Below, in pieces: positions 1 through 7,508 of a DNA stretch of 46,116 nt. The notes below the pieces were generated by a model. That model did no database searches. It had not been told where the DNA came from and was given only the letters and a program-made list of their open reading frames with translations. Where the stretch lies: NCBI GenBank assembly GCA_001818235.1, contig MHJY01000022.1:1-46116 (forward strand). The letters are read 5' to 3'. The translations under genes and the position numbers were made by a program. This DNA is from Candidatus Jacksonbacteria bacterium RIFOXYB2_FULL_44_15. Lineage in GTDB: Bacteria; Patescibacteriota; Patescibacteriia; UBA9629. Positions within the stretch are counted from its first letter, which is position 1. Each line of letters begins with the position of its first letter.

Positions 1-420
1 GAGGTAAAAGATGTAGCTAAAACGGCAGATAAAATTGCCGATGGGGCAAAGACGGTGGAAAAAACCGCGGAAATGGCAAGAACCGCTGAGCAAGCTACTG
101 ATGCCGCCAAGTCGGCGGAAAAAACAGTGAGCAATATTCGATGGAGCCAGGTTCCTAAACCAACGGTAACTGATAAAAAATTGCAAAATATTATTGACGA
201 TTTATATAAACCTGGGTCAATAGGAACGGGCAATACCGCTGATGCAATTAGATATGAAATAGCTACTGGTAACCCAGTTGGGAATAAGTGGCATTCTGAA
301 AAGGGCATGAATGCTATCCGTGCATTGGAGAAATGGATAAATAAAAATAAGAATTCTCCGGATACAAAGGCGGCTACGGCGGTTTTGAATGATTTAAAGG
401 ATGCTTTTAAAAAGAAATAA
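1..420 (+). CDS. C-terminal part of a probable polymorphic toxin (Rhs/CdiA-type CT domain), 5'-truncated by window edge
   Basis: Frame is open from base 1 (EVKDVAKTADKIADGAKTVEK...). An Ala/Lys/Thr linker is followed by a compact domain KLQNIIDDLYK..IGTGNTADAIRYE..TG.PVG.KWHSEKG resembling toxin tips. A small gene follows immediately. Confidence 0.6.
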   Translation, partial: EVKDVAKTADKIADGAKTVEKTAEMARTAEQATDAAKSAEKTVSNIRWSQVPKPTVTDKKLQNIIDDLYKPGSIGTGNTADAIRYEIATGNPVGNKWHSEKGMNAIRALEKWINKNKNSPDTKAATAVLNDLKDAFKKK

Positions 421-432
421 TAATCAAAGAGA

Positions 433-885
433 ATGATAAAGGATAAATATATGGAAAATATAAATTATCAAAATGTGATTGCGCAATTATTGAAAACGTT
501 GCCTGAATTTTCACGAACATACAAAAAGTTACTTACCGATTTTGACGATGACGTTGGGCAGCATATAATTTTTGGGGAGTTGACTAGATTTACTATTAGG
601 AAATATAAAATTGCTGCACAGATGCAAAAAAAAGATAAGGTTCGTTATGCGGCAGCTTTAGATGTGGTTAAGAAAATCATTAAGTTTATAGAGGTTTGTT
701 TAATGGCACGTGATCCCAAAGTTCGCGAATTGGCTGCATTTTCATTTTTAGAGAATTTATGGCAGGCAGGCAAATATTATAATGCGATGAAGGGTATGCT
801 GAGTAAAGGTGCTAAAACTGAACTTGAAAGGATTGATGTTTGGTGGGAGCATTTAGGTGAACAAAAAGCCGCTAGCCAAAGTTAA
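433..885 (+). CDS. Putative immunity protein (helical, FSFLENL motif); likely start ATG 451
   Basis: Lies 12 nt after the toxin-like stop, about 145 aa, no signal peptide. AAGGAT precedes ATG 451. Confidence 0.55.
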   Translation: MIKDKYMENINYQNVIAQLLKTLPEFSRTYKKLLTDFDDDVGQHIIFGELTRFTIRKYKIAAQMQKKDKVRYAAALDVVKKIIKFIEVCLMARDPKVRELAAFSFLENLWQAGKYYNAMKGMLSKGAKTELERIDVWWEHLGEQKAASQS

Positions 886-1045
886 AAATTGCGACTAATG
901 TTACAGATTTAAAATAAATAAACTATGCAAATTGTCGAAATAAAAAGTCCAGCAGCTGGTACATGGCATAGAGATTGCGAATTACGCACATTGCGTGGTA
1001 GGCCGTATCTTGAATTGATAAGTTAATAAGGATGTTGGCAACAGC

Positions 1046-2047
1046 ATGGGTATGCAAATCCAATTTAAGAAAAATATATTACTGACAGGTGCTGGCTTTA
1101 CTGCTAATTTTGGTGGTTTGTTAGCGCGAGAGATGTGGTCTAAAATATTTAATAGTCCAAAATTAGATTCATTGTCACAAATTAAAAAAATGATGCGAAA
1201 GGATTTTAATTTTGAGAACGTATATTCAGCAGTTTTAAGAGACAATAATTACATAAACGAATTTCAACAAATTATTATAGATTGTTATGTAGATATGGAT
1301 AGCACGCTAAAAAATTATACATTTACTGTACGTGATCCATATGGTGTCAATTGGTATGGTGTGCGAAAGTTAATCTCGTTATTCGCTGGTACAGGGCAAG
1401 AAATTGGTGCGTGTTTTACTTTGAACCAGGATTTATTTTTGGAGCGAAAATCGAAACACAAACCGCTTGGACTTCAGGAACGATTGAGTTCAGATACTTA
1501 TAGAGCGGTACTTCCAGACCAAAAATATATCGATGATTTTAAAGAGCGGCATCTATCCTCTTTAGGTAATTTTCAGTATATAAAATTACATGGTTCATAT
1601 GGTTGGCTTACATCTTATTTTTTTTCAAAGTATGGTGAGGATCACAGAATGGTGTTGGGAATAAATAAGTATGAGGAAATAATTAATGAGCCATTACTTA
1701 AGTGGTATTTTGAATTATTTGAGCAGGCAATTTGCAGAGAGGGCGTAAAATTATTAATTATTGGTTATGGTTTTAGAGATGAGCATATTAACAAGTGTTT
1801 AGTACAAGCGATTAGTGGGTTTGGCGCAAAAATATACATTATATCTCCTGAAGATTCAGAGACACTGCGAGATAGGCTTATAGGAAAACCTGAATGTTCG
1901 AGCCAACTTTGGAAGCCCGAAGATGAAGGATCACAAATTTGGAATGCGATTGCTGGGTATTTTCCTTACGAGTTGAAAACGATATTCCCATCTGATCAAT
2001 CTGAGACGCATATCAAGAAGGACATCTTTAAGATATTTAATGAATAG
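1046..2047 (+). CDS. SIR2-like (SIR2_2 family) NADase-fold protein, probably defence-related
   Basis: Motifs LLTGAGF, FTLNQDLFLE, IKLHGS and LLIIGYGFRDEHIN occur in sirtuin order; sequence is AT-rich. Confidence 0.85.
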   Translation: MGMQIQFKKNILLTGAGFTANFGGLLAREMWSKIFNSPKLDSLSQIKKMMRKDFNFENVYSAVLRDNNYINEFQQIIIDCYVDMDSTLKNYTFTVRDPYGVNWYGVRKLISLFAGTGQEIGACFTLNQDLFLERKSKHKPLGLQERLSSDTYRAVLPDQKYIDDFKERHLSSLGNFQYIKLHGSYGWLTSYFFSKYGEDHRMVLGINKYEEIINEPLLKWYFELFEQAICREGVKLLIIGYGFRDEHINKCLVQAISGFGAKIYIISPEDSETLRDRLIGKPECSSQLWKPEDEGSQIWNAIAGYFPYELKTIFPSDQSETHIKKDIFKIFNE

Positions 2048-2123
2048 TGTCGTGCGCGCAATTATATACAACCCTATTTTATTTTGGCGAACTGGCCGTA
2101 ACAATGTAGCCACGCAACATACC

Positions 2124-5100
2124 ATGAAAAATCAATCAAAAAACAAAGCAATCGCAATTTTTGAAGGCGCGCAAATACGGCGTCAATGGGACGAAGAAAA
2201 GGAGCTTTGGTATTTTTCGGTTGTTGATGTGGTTGGGGCGTTAACTGGTAGCACAATACCAAAAAGGTATTGGTCAGACTTGAAAAATAAACTGAATCAA
2301 GAAGGTAGCGAGGTGTACGAAAAAATCGTACAACTGAAATTCGTGGCTAAGGACGGCAAATATTACGCCTCAGATGCCGCTGATACCGAAACGATGCTTC
2401 GTCTTATCCAATCCATTCCATCGCCAAACGCCGAGCCGTTCAAGCTATGGCTCGCTCGAGTTGGATATGAACGGCTGGAAGAAACTGCGGATCCGGAACT
2501 GGCTATCAATCGGGCGCTTAAAACCTATCTGCAAAAGGGTTACAGCCCAGAATGGGTGAATCAAAGATTAAAAAGCATAGAAATCCGCAAAGCGCTAACC
2601 GATGAATGGGAAAAGCGAGGGGTGAAAGAAGGTTTGGAGTTTGCCATTTTGACTGATGAGATTACCAAAGCGTGGACCGGTATGACAACCAAAGAATACA
2701 AGCGGTTGAAAGATTTAAAGAAAGAAAATTTACGCGACAATATGACAAATTTGGAATTGGTTTTGAATATGCTGGCCGAGACGGCGACTACGGAAATTTC
2801 CGAGAAGCGAGAACCGAAAAATTTGGACGAAAACAAAACCGTGGCGCGTGAAGGCGGAAGCGTGGCCGGCAACGCGCGCAAAGATATCGAAACCAAAACC
2901 GGTAAAAGCGTGCTTACAAATAAGAACGCAAAAATATTGCGGGGAAAGATTTTAAAAAAAAATAATCATCAATCTAACATAATCTTCCGGGGAGGGGAGA
3001 TAAAAAAATACATGAGAAAAATTATCAGCATTATATTTTTCGCGGTACTGGCGCTTGCCCTGCCCGGGAGCGTTAAGGCGGCCGGCCTGGCCAACGCCGA
3101 TAACGCGTATCAGGCGATTGTTAAAATAAAAACTTATTCGCTGTCTGTGGATTCCGCTTTAATACCTTACGCGCAAGGATCAGGCGTGATTATCAGCGGT
3201 AGCGGCTTGGTCCTAACCAATTACCATGTTGTTTCCTTGACCGATCCCTTGGATAACAGTGATTTCCCAACCGTGTTTCAGATTTGCGTCACGAAAGCGA
3301 TTGAGCAGGAGCCGGATTGCAATTATGCCGCCAAATTAATCAATCAAGACGAAAATCTGGATATCGCCCTTTTGCAGATGCAGTCTGTATCGGGCCTTAG
3401 TTTAAGCGACAACTTATTTTATTTGGATTTAAACACGATTGATAACACAGCGATCGGAGACAAGGTAACAGTGCTGGGCTACCCGGCGATCGGCGGCGAT
3501 ACCGTTACCATCAGCAAGGGCTCAATCAGCGGTAAAAGCGAAAAGTACGACGAGAAGTGGATTAAAACAGATGCCGTGGTTTCTTTCGGCGATTCTGGCG
3601 GAGCGACTATCGACGTGAACGGCAAAGTTATCGGCATTACCACCGCCGCTTACAGCGATTATCTTGGCAGTTTGGGTTACGTTAATAACATCGTTTCGCT
3701 AATCGGCTGGATTTCCGCTCACCGCCAAGAGACGCCGCCAGCCAGTCCTTTGATGGACAGAATGCTGGCCTTAGTCCGTAAGCAGGAGGAGATAAAAACC
3801 AGCAATATTTTTACCAAAGACTATCCGTCGTTTACGATAACTAAACCGGCAGATTGGGATTTTACTTATGCTAACGAGGTCTCGGTTAGGGTCGCACAAG
3901 GGGCGAACGAAGAGGGCGGAGACGTTTCTTTCAGTTTACTTAAAAAAGCTTATTTGATGAGTAAGGATAATATCGTGCCGGAGATTAAAAGGGCCTTTAA
4001 TGCCGCCGGGAAAAGCTCATTGTTCACAATTACCGCCGAGCAAGACATAACAATAAACGGCTACAGCGGGAAATTGGTGACTATTTCTTCTTTGGGTGAG
4101 ATTGCCAAATTATACTATATTCCGTATCAGGAATATTTGATTTTAATAACTTATCAGTACGGCACTGATGATCAGGACAAAACGGTTGTTGACGGCATTA
4201 TTAATTCCCTGAGGCTTAAAAGTACGAGCCAGACGTTTACCGAGGTGCACGAATATTCCAACGCGACTCCGAAATTTTACATCACTGCCGGAAGCGATTG
4301 GGCGATTTTACCGCGAGTCGGCCAGGCAGAGCCGCTCCTGATAATGTCCAAAACAATTAAACCAGCCTATGTCCTTTTTTCCGTCACTAAGCTGTCGGCT
4401 GATCTTTCAAGTTTGGATAATCAAGGATATCTGGATTACCAGTTGCAGAAAATAAAAGAAGCTAACCAGATAGTGCAGGCGATTGATTATAAAATTGATG
4501 TGGTTAGCAGTAATGCGCATTACAAATTAAATGATGAATTGACAGACGTTATCAAAATTGAGGAAATCGAAAAATTAAACCAAAGCGGCGAGCCATTAAC
4601 ATACGACACAGAATATTATATTCGCTCTGGAGATTATATTGTCCACATCAATTTAAGTGTTTACGGCAAGGATAAAGCTGTTTATGATCAGGCAGTGCCG
4701 ACTTTTAACGAGTTGATGCAGACGCTTTCCTTAAAAGAATTAAAAGCTTTGGCAACAAGCGCGCCAACGTCCGCCGCGCCAACAACGAGCGCCAATTCAG
4801 CTCCTAGCGGGCAAACTGTTGTCCAAGCGATTCCGGTGAAAGATTTAAAAATGTATAATCGCCTTAAAGGCAAAATTATTGTCCGCACTCAATTTGGCGG
4901 CGCGGCTTATTATGTGCATCCGGATAAAGCGGTTATTTATTATCTGGGCCGGCCGGAAAGCGCTTTTGCGGTGATGCGGGAAAACGGCATCGGCATCAGC
5001 AATGCTAATTTAAATCGCATCGCGGTGAGCGTTGATAATTTATCCGGGCCTGATACGGACAAAGACGGGTTGCCGGATTTGCTGGAAGGGGCGATCGGCA

Positions 5101-5390
5101 CTGATTCCAAAAAGTCTGATACTGACGGTGATTATATAGATGATAAAACCGAGATTAAAAGCGGCTTAAATCCATCTGGCGCCGCTAAATCTTCGGTCGT
5201 CGCAAATTATAGCAGTAAACACTTAGGCAAAATTTTTCTGCAGATCGAAACAGCTGGAGAAGCCTGGTATGTTAATCCGCAAGACGGCAAACGATATTTT
5301 CTCGGCCGGCCGGTTGATGCCTTTAAATTGATGAGCAAACTGGGGCTGGGGATTTCGGAAAATGACTTTGCAAAATTAATTGGAGAATAG
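2124..5390 (+). CDS. Bro-N / phage antirepressor-like DNA-binding protein (2124-~2965), in frame without a stop to the downstream protease gene
   Basis: IRRQWDEEKELWYFSVVDVVGALT, RYWSDLK, LRLIQSIPSPNAEPFKLWLA and NLRDNMTNLELVLNMLAE are typical of this family. Plausible ATG at 2124; out-of-frame TAA at 2963 after the A9 tract. Confidence 0.8.
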   Translation: MKNQSKNKAIAIFEGAQIRRQWDEEKELWYFSVVDVVGALTGSTIPKRYWSDLKNKLNQEGSEVYEKIVQLKFVAKDGKYYASDAADTETMLRLIQSIPSPNAEPFKLWLARVGYERLEETADPELAINRALKTYLQKGYSPEWVNQRLKSIEIRKALTDEWEKRGVKEGLEFAILTDEITKAWTGMTTKEYKRLKDLKKENLRDNMTNLELVLNMLAETATTEISEKREPKNLDENKTVAREGGSVAGNARKDIETKTGKSVLTNKNAKILRGKILKKNNHQSNIIFRGGEIKKYMRKIISIIFFAVLALALPGSVKAAGLANADNAYQAIVKIKTYSLSVDSALIPYAQGSGVIISGSGLVLTNYHVVSLTDPLDNSDFPTVFQICVTKAIEQEPDCNYAAKLINQDENLDIALLQMQSVSGLSLSDNLFYLDLNTIDNTAIGDKVTVLGYPAIGGDTVTISKGSISGKSEKYDEKWIKTDAVVSFGDSGGATIDVNGKVIGITTAAYSDYLGSLGYVNNIVSLIGWISAHRQETPPASPLMDRMLALVRKQEEIKTSNIFTKDYPSFTITKPADWDFTYANEVSVRVAQGANEEGGDVSFSLLKKAYLMSKDNIVPEIKRAFNAAGKSSLFTITAEQDITINGYSGKLVTISSLGEIAKLYYIPYQEYLILITYQYGTDDQDKTVVDGIINSLRLKSTSQTFTEVHEYSNATPKFYITAGSDWAILPRVGQAEPLLIMSKTIKPAYVLFSVTKLSADLSSLDNQGYLDYQLQKIKEANQIVQAIDYKIDVVSSNAHYKLNDELTDVIKIEEIEKLNQSGEPLTYDTEYYIRSGDYIVHINLSVYGKDKAVYDQAVPTFNELMQTLSLKELKALATSAPTSAAPTTSANSAPSGQTVVQAIPVKDLKMYNRLKGKIIVRTQFGGAAYYVHPDKAVIYYLGRPESAFAVMRENGIGISNANLNRIAVSVDNLSGPDTDKDGLPDLLEGAIGTDSKKSDTDGDYIDDKTEIKSGLNPSGAAKSSVVANYSSKHLGKIFLQIETAGEAWYVNPQDGKRYFLGRPVDAFKLMSKLGLGISENDFAKLIGE
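3012..5390 (+). CDS. Secreted trypsin-like (S1C-type) serine protease with C-terminal CPR surface repeat module; probably an independent gene
   Basis: SD-like GGAGGGGAG at ~2991. Signal peptide MRKIISIIFFAVLALALPGSVKA. Triad motifs LTNYHVV, DIALL, GDSGGA. C-terminal GKI..YYLGRP repeats flank DTDKDGLPD. Confidence 0.85.
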   Translation: MRKIISIIFFAVLALALPGSVKAAGLANADNAYQAIVKIKTYSLSVDSALIPYAQGSGVIISGSGLVLTNYHVVSLTDPLDNSDFPTVFQICVTKAIEQEPDCNYAAKLINQDENLDIALLQMQSVSGLSLSDNLFYLDLNTIDNTAIGDKVTVLGYPAIGGDTVTISKGSISGKSEKYDEKWIKTDAVVSFGDSGGATIDVNGKVIGITTAAYSDYLGSLGYVNNIVSLIGWISAHRQETPPASPLMDRMLALVRKQEEIKTSNIFTKDYPSFTITKPADWDFTYANEVSVRVAQGANEEGGDVSFSLLKKAYLMSKDNIVPEIKRAFNAAGKSSLFTITAEQDITINGYSGKLVTISSLGEIAKLYYIPYQEYLILITYQYGTDDQDKTVVDGIINSLRLKSTSQTFTEVHEYSNATPKFYITAGSDWAILPRVGQAEPLLIMSKTIKPAYVLFSVTKLSADLSSLDNQGYLDYQLQKIKEANQIVQAIDYKIDVVSSNAHYKLNDELTDVIKIEEIEKLNQSGEPLTYDTEYYIRSGDYIVHINLSVYGKDKAVYDQAVPTFNELMQTLSLKELKALATSAPTSAAPTTSANSAPSGQTVVQAIPVKDLKMYNRLKGKIIVRTQFGGAAYYVHPDKAVIYYLGRPESAFAVMRENGIGISNANLNRIAVSVDNLSGPDTDKDGLPDLLEGAIGTDSKKSDTDGDYIDDKTEIKSGLNPSGAAKSSVVANYSSKHLGKIFLQIETAGEAWYVNPQDGKRYFLGRPVDAFKLMSKLGLGISENDFAKLIGE

Positions 5391-5453
5391 AGTAACTTAA
5401 GAGGAAAAGGTTGCGAAGTAGCAGGGCAATGCCGCTAGTTGAATAGTTTTATT

Positions 5454-5464
5454 TGTGGTATGAT
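5454..5464 (+). promoter_or_regulatory. Extended -10 promoter candidate for the three-gene cassette
   Basis: TGTGGTATGAT ends 22 nt before ATG 5487; no good -35 at 17 nt. Confidence 0.45.
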
Positions 5465-5486
5465 TTATTTATAATTTACATAACCT

Positions 5487-5678
5487 ATGCAACCAGCCAG
5501 TAAAGAAAAATTTCTTAAAACATACGCTAATCTGCCTCTAAGCGTCAGAGAAGAGATTATTGCTGTTTTAGACGATGGAAAACCGATAACGTGGAATGTC
5601 GTTTTTATGGAAGTTGATAACAATACTGCCTTGAGTCAAACTATTCTTGCGAAATTAGAGAAATTGGAGATAATTTAG
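5487..5678 (+). CDS. Small hypothetical protein (63 aa), gene 1 of protease cassette
   Basis: Clean ORF with promoter upstream and a 1-nt gap to the next gene; globular-looking sequence YANLPLSVREEII..PITWNVVFMEV. Confidence 0.75.
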   Translation: MQPASKEKFLKTYANLPLSVREEIIAVLDDGKPITWNVVFMEVDNNTALSQTILAKLEKLEII

Positions 5679-5679
5679 T

Positions 5680-5934
5680 ATGATGAACAAAAACAACAAG
5701 GAACGAAAAGCTGATTTGTCTACTGATGAAGAGATCAGAAAGCTTGTAATTGCTCGTTTAAAAGTAATTTCCCCCAACACAATTAAATGCATAGGCAATG
5801 AAGGCTCTTTTAGCAGGGATGAATTAATTGAACGTGTTCAGAAAGGAGACAAAATAGGTAAGACAATCGAAAGGGTTGAGATGGAATGGCTAAGAGCTTT
5901 AAAAAATGGAATTATTACCACGCTTTATAATTAA
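5680..5934 (+). CDS. Small hypothetical protein (84 aa), gene 2 of protease cassette
   Basis: Tightly coupled ORF; EEIRKLVIARL..IGNEGSFSRDELIERVQKGDKIGK. Confidence 0.75.
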   Translation: MMNKNNKERKADLSTDEEIRKLVIARLKVISPNTIKCIGNEGSFSRDELIERVQKGDKIGKTIERVEMEWLRALKNGIITTLYN

Positions 5935-5946
5935 TCGCAATTTACC

Positions 5947-6591
5947 ATGGTTAGAATACTTATAACACGACCTGAGCACGATCCATTAACTAGACATTTG
6001 TCTTACTGGAATACCGTGGTTATCAAGATTGCGAAAAGAAAAAATAATAGTGTTATTGATTTACATCAAAATAAAGCTAATAAAAAAGAATTTGAGGGTC
6101 GAATAAAGAAGGTTAACCCTTCTTTGGTATTATTGAACGGCCATGGAGACGATGACTCTGTTTGTGGGCATGATAACGAGGTTTTAGTGAAGAAGGGCGA
6201 GAATGGCGCTGTGCTTAAAAAGCGTATTACTTATGCCGTTGCTTGCTCTGCAGCGAAACTATTAGGCGCGGAAGTGTGTGCGGAAAAGGACACTTCTTTC
6301 ATAGGATATGACGATTATTTTATTCTTAATATAGATCGTGATTTTTTAGTCAATCCATTAAATGATAAAAGAGCAGAAAAATTTTTAGATTCATCAAATC
6401 GAGTCGCTATATCATTAATTAAGGGGCATAACTGTAAAGAAGCGTCAGAGAATTCAAAAAAAGCTTTTCGTAAAAGGATAATATCGTTACTAGCTAATTC
6501 TGACGACCCGAATGCTCTTGATGATGCAAAGGATTTATATTGGAATATGAATCATCAAGTTTGCCTAGGAAACGAAAATGCGCGTTTATAA
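5947..6591 (+). CDS. Caspase/CHAT/gingipain-fold (clan CD) cysteine protease-like protein
   Basis: LVLLNGHG (His-Gly) and ITYAVACSAA (Cys) each follow a beta strand, then FIGY, LIKGHNCKEA and terminal CLGNENARL; no signal peptide. Confidence 0.7.
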   Translation: MVRILITRPEHDPLTRHLSYWNTVVIKIAKRKNNSVIDLHQNKANKKEFEGRIKKVNPSLVLLNGHGDDDSVCGHDNEVLVKKGENGAVLKKRITYAVACSAAKLLGAEVCAEKDTSFIGYDDYFILNIDRDFLVNPLNDKRAEKFLDSSNRVAISLIKGHNCKEASENSKKAFRKRIISLLANSDDPNALDDAKDLYWNMNHQVCLGNENARL

Positions 6592-6648
6592 AAAGAACTT
6601 GTCGTTTGACGACGATTTTTTGATTTAAGCCGTCAAAATGTATTTTTC

Positions 6649-6677
6649 TGGACATTCGATGCAAAATGTGGTAGATT
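6649..6677 (+). promoter_or_regulatory. Sigma70-type promoter
   Basis: TGGACA-17 nt-TAGATT with extended TG; strong SD AAGGAGG before GTG 6726. Confidence 0.5.
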
Positions 6678-6725
6678 GGCGGCAAGGTTAAAAAAGGTTA
6701 GATAATTTTTAAAGGAGGGAGTGCT

Positions 6726-7205
6726 GTGGAAGAAAAAAGCAATAAGTCAGGAATTTCTTGGATTTGGATATTAGTTGGTTTTTTAGTTTTTGCTGTGCTT
6801 ATAATGGGGGGCATTACACTAATAATGCAGACACATTATTCGTCGGCTACCAAAGAACAGGCAAAAGTTATTCAAGCGCTCGGTTTTGACCCAGACACTG
6901 TTGTCGAATACAATGTCACCTTGGTGACGCAGGCACCCAAAATATTTTGGAACAATCAATGGGTGTCATTGATGAATAAAAAAGGCGACATGGTGTGCCG
7001 GGTCTTAAAAGCCGGGGATCGTGTTAAGGTGTCAGAGGACGATTGTTTACGAGTGATGCCGAAATTGGCAACAAACGAACGACCGGAGATTGTTCTTATT
7101 GTCGGTGAAGGCACTGTTGCCAGTTTGGTAAAACAAACGGCGGTCAAAAATCAAAAAGAAAAAACGCCGGAAAAAAAACATAGGTTATCGTGGTTTATAG
7201 ACTAA
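6726..7205 (+). CDS. Single-pass membrane hypothetical protein
   Basis: GTG start with AAGGAGG; TM segment ISWIWILVGFLVFAVLIMGGITLIM. Confidence 0.75.
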   Translation: MEEKSNKSGISWIWILVGFLVFAVLIMGGITLIMQTHYSSATKEQAKVIQALGFDPDTVVEYNVTLVTQAPKIFWNNQWVSLMNKKGDMVCRVLKAGDRVKVSEDDCLRVMPKLATNERPEIVLIVGEGTVASLVKQTAVKNQKEKTPEKKHRLSWFID

Positions 7206-7234
7206 TAACAACAACTTAATTTTTTTAACCTTTT

Positions 7235-7273
7235 CAGCATCGATACAAGTCTGTCATCGATGCTGGTTTTTTT
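7235..7273 (+). terminator. Rho-independent terminator
   Basis: Perfect 10-bp stem CAGCATCGAT / ATCGATGCTG followed by G and T7. Confidence 0.8.
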
Positions 7274-7322
7274 AGATTTAGTTAATGGGTTGGGGAGAGT
7301 GGCAATTATTAAATTTAGAGAT

Positions 7323-7448
7323 AATCATCAAGAAACAAGTAACAAGTATCCAAATAATAACCAAATTTCGAATAATCAAGTTCCAAATTTTTTGGTTATT
7401 AAGCTTTGATTATTGAAATTTGTTTGTATCTTGTCTCTTGGTGATTGG
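7323..7448. repeat. Long imperfect inverted repeat with 7-nt periodic arms
   Basis: AATCATCAAGAAACAAG pairs with CTTGTCTCTTGGTGATT, and CAAATTTCGAATAATCAAG pairs with CTTTGATTATTGAAATTTG. Units include catcaag, aaacaag, taacaag. Confidence 0.75.
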
Positions 7449-7463
7449 TTTTTCGTATCAGAT

Positions 7464-7492
7464 TTGACTTTTTGATAGAATTGTGTTAAAAT
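7464..7492 (+). promoter_or_regulatory. Sigma70-type promoter
   Basis: TTGACT-17 nt-TAAAAT with upstream TG, ending 16 nt before ATG 7509. Confidence 0.7.
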
Positions 7493-7508
7493 TCGAGTCA
7501 ATTTTACT

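Noticed and set aside
925-1026. 33-aa ORF MQIVEIKSPAAGTWHRD... between immunity and SIR2 genes
   Set aside because: Too short, with no recognisable motif; could be a remnant but is unsupported.
2040-2123. ORF-track start at 2040 for the 1116-aa ORF
   Set aside because: The extra 28 aa look non-coding; the Bro-N family sequence starts near ATG 2124.
2124-2965. Prophage inferred from the antirepressor-like gene
   Set aside because: No integrase, structural, terminase or replication genes nearby; solitary Bro-N genes are common.
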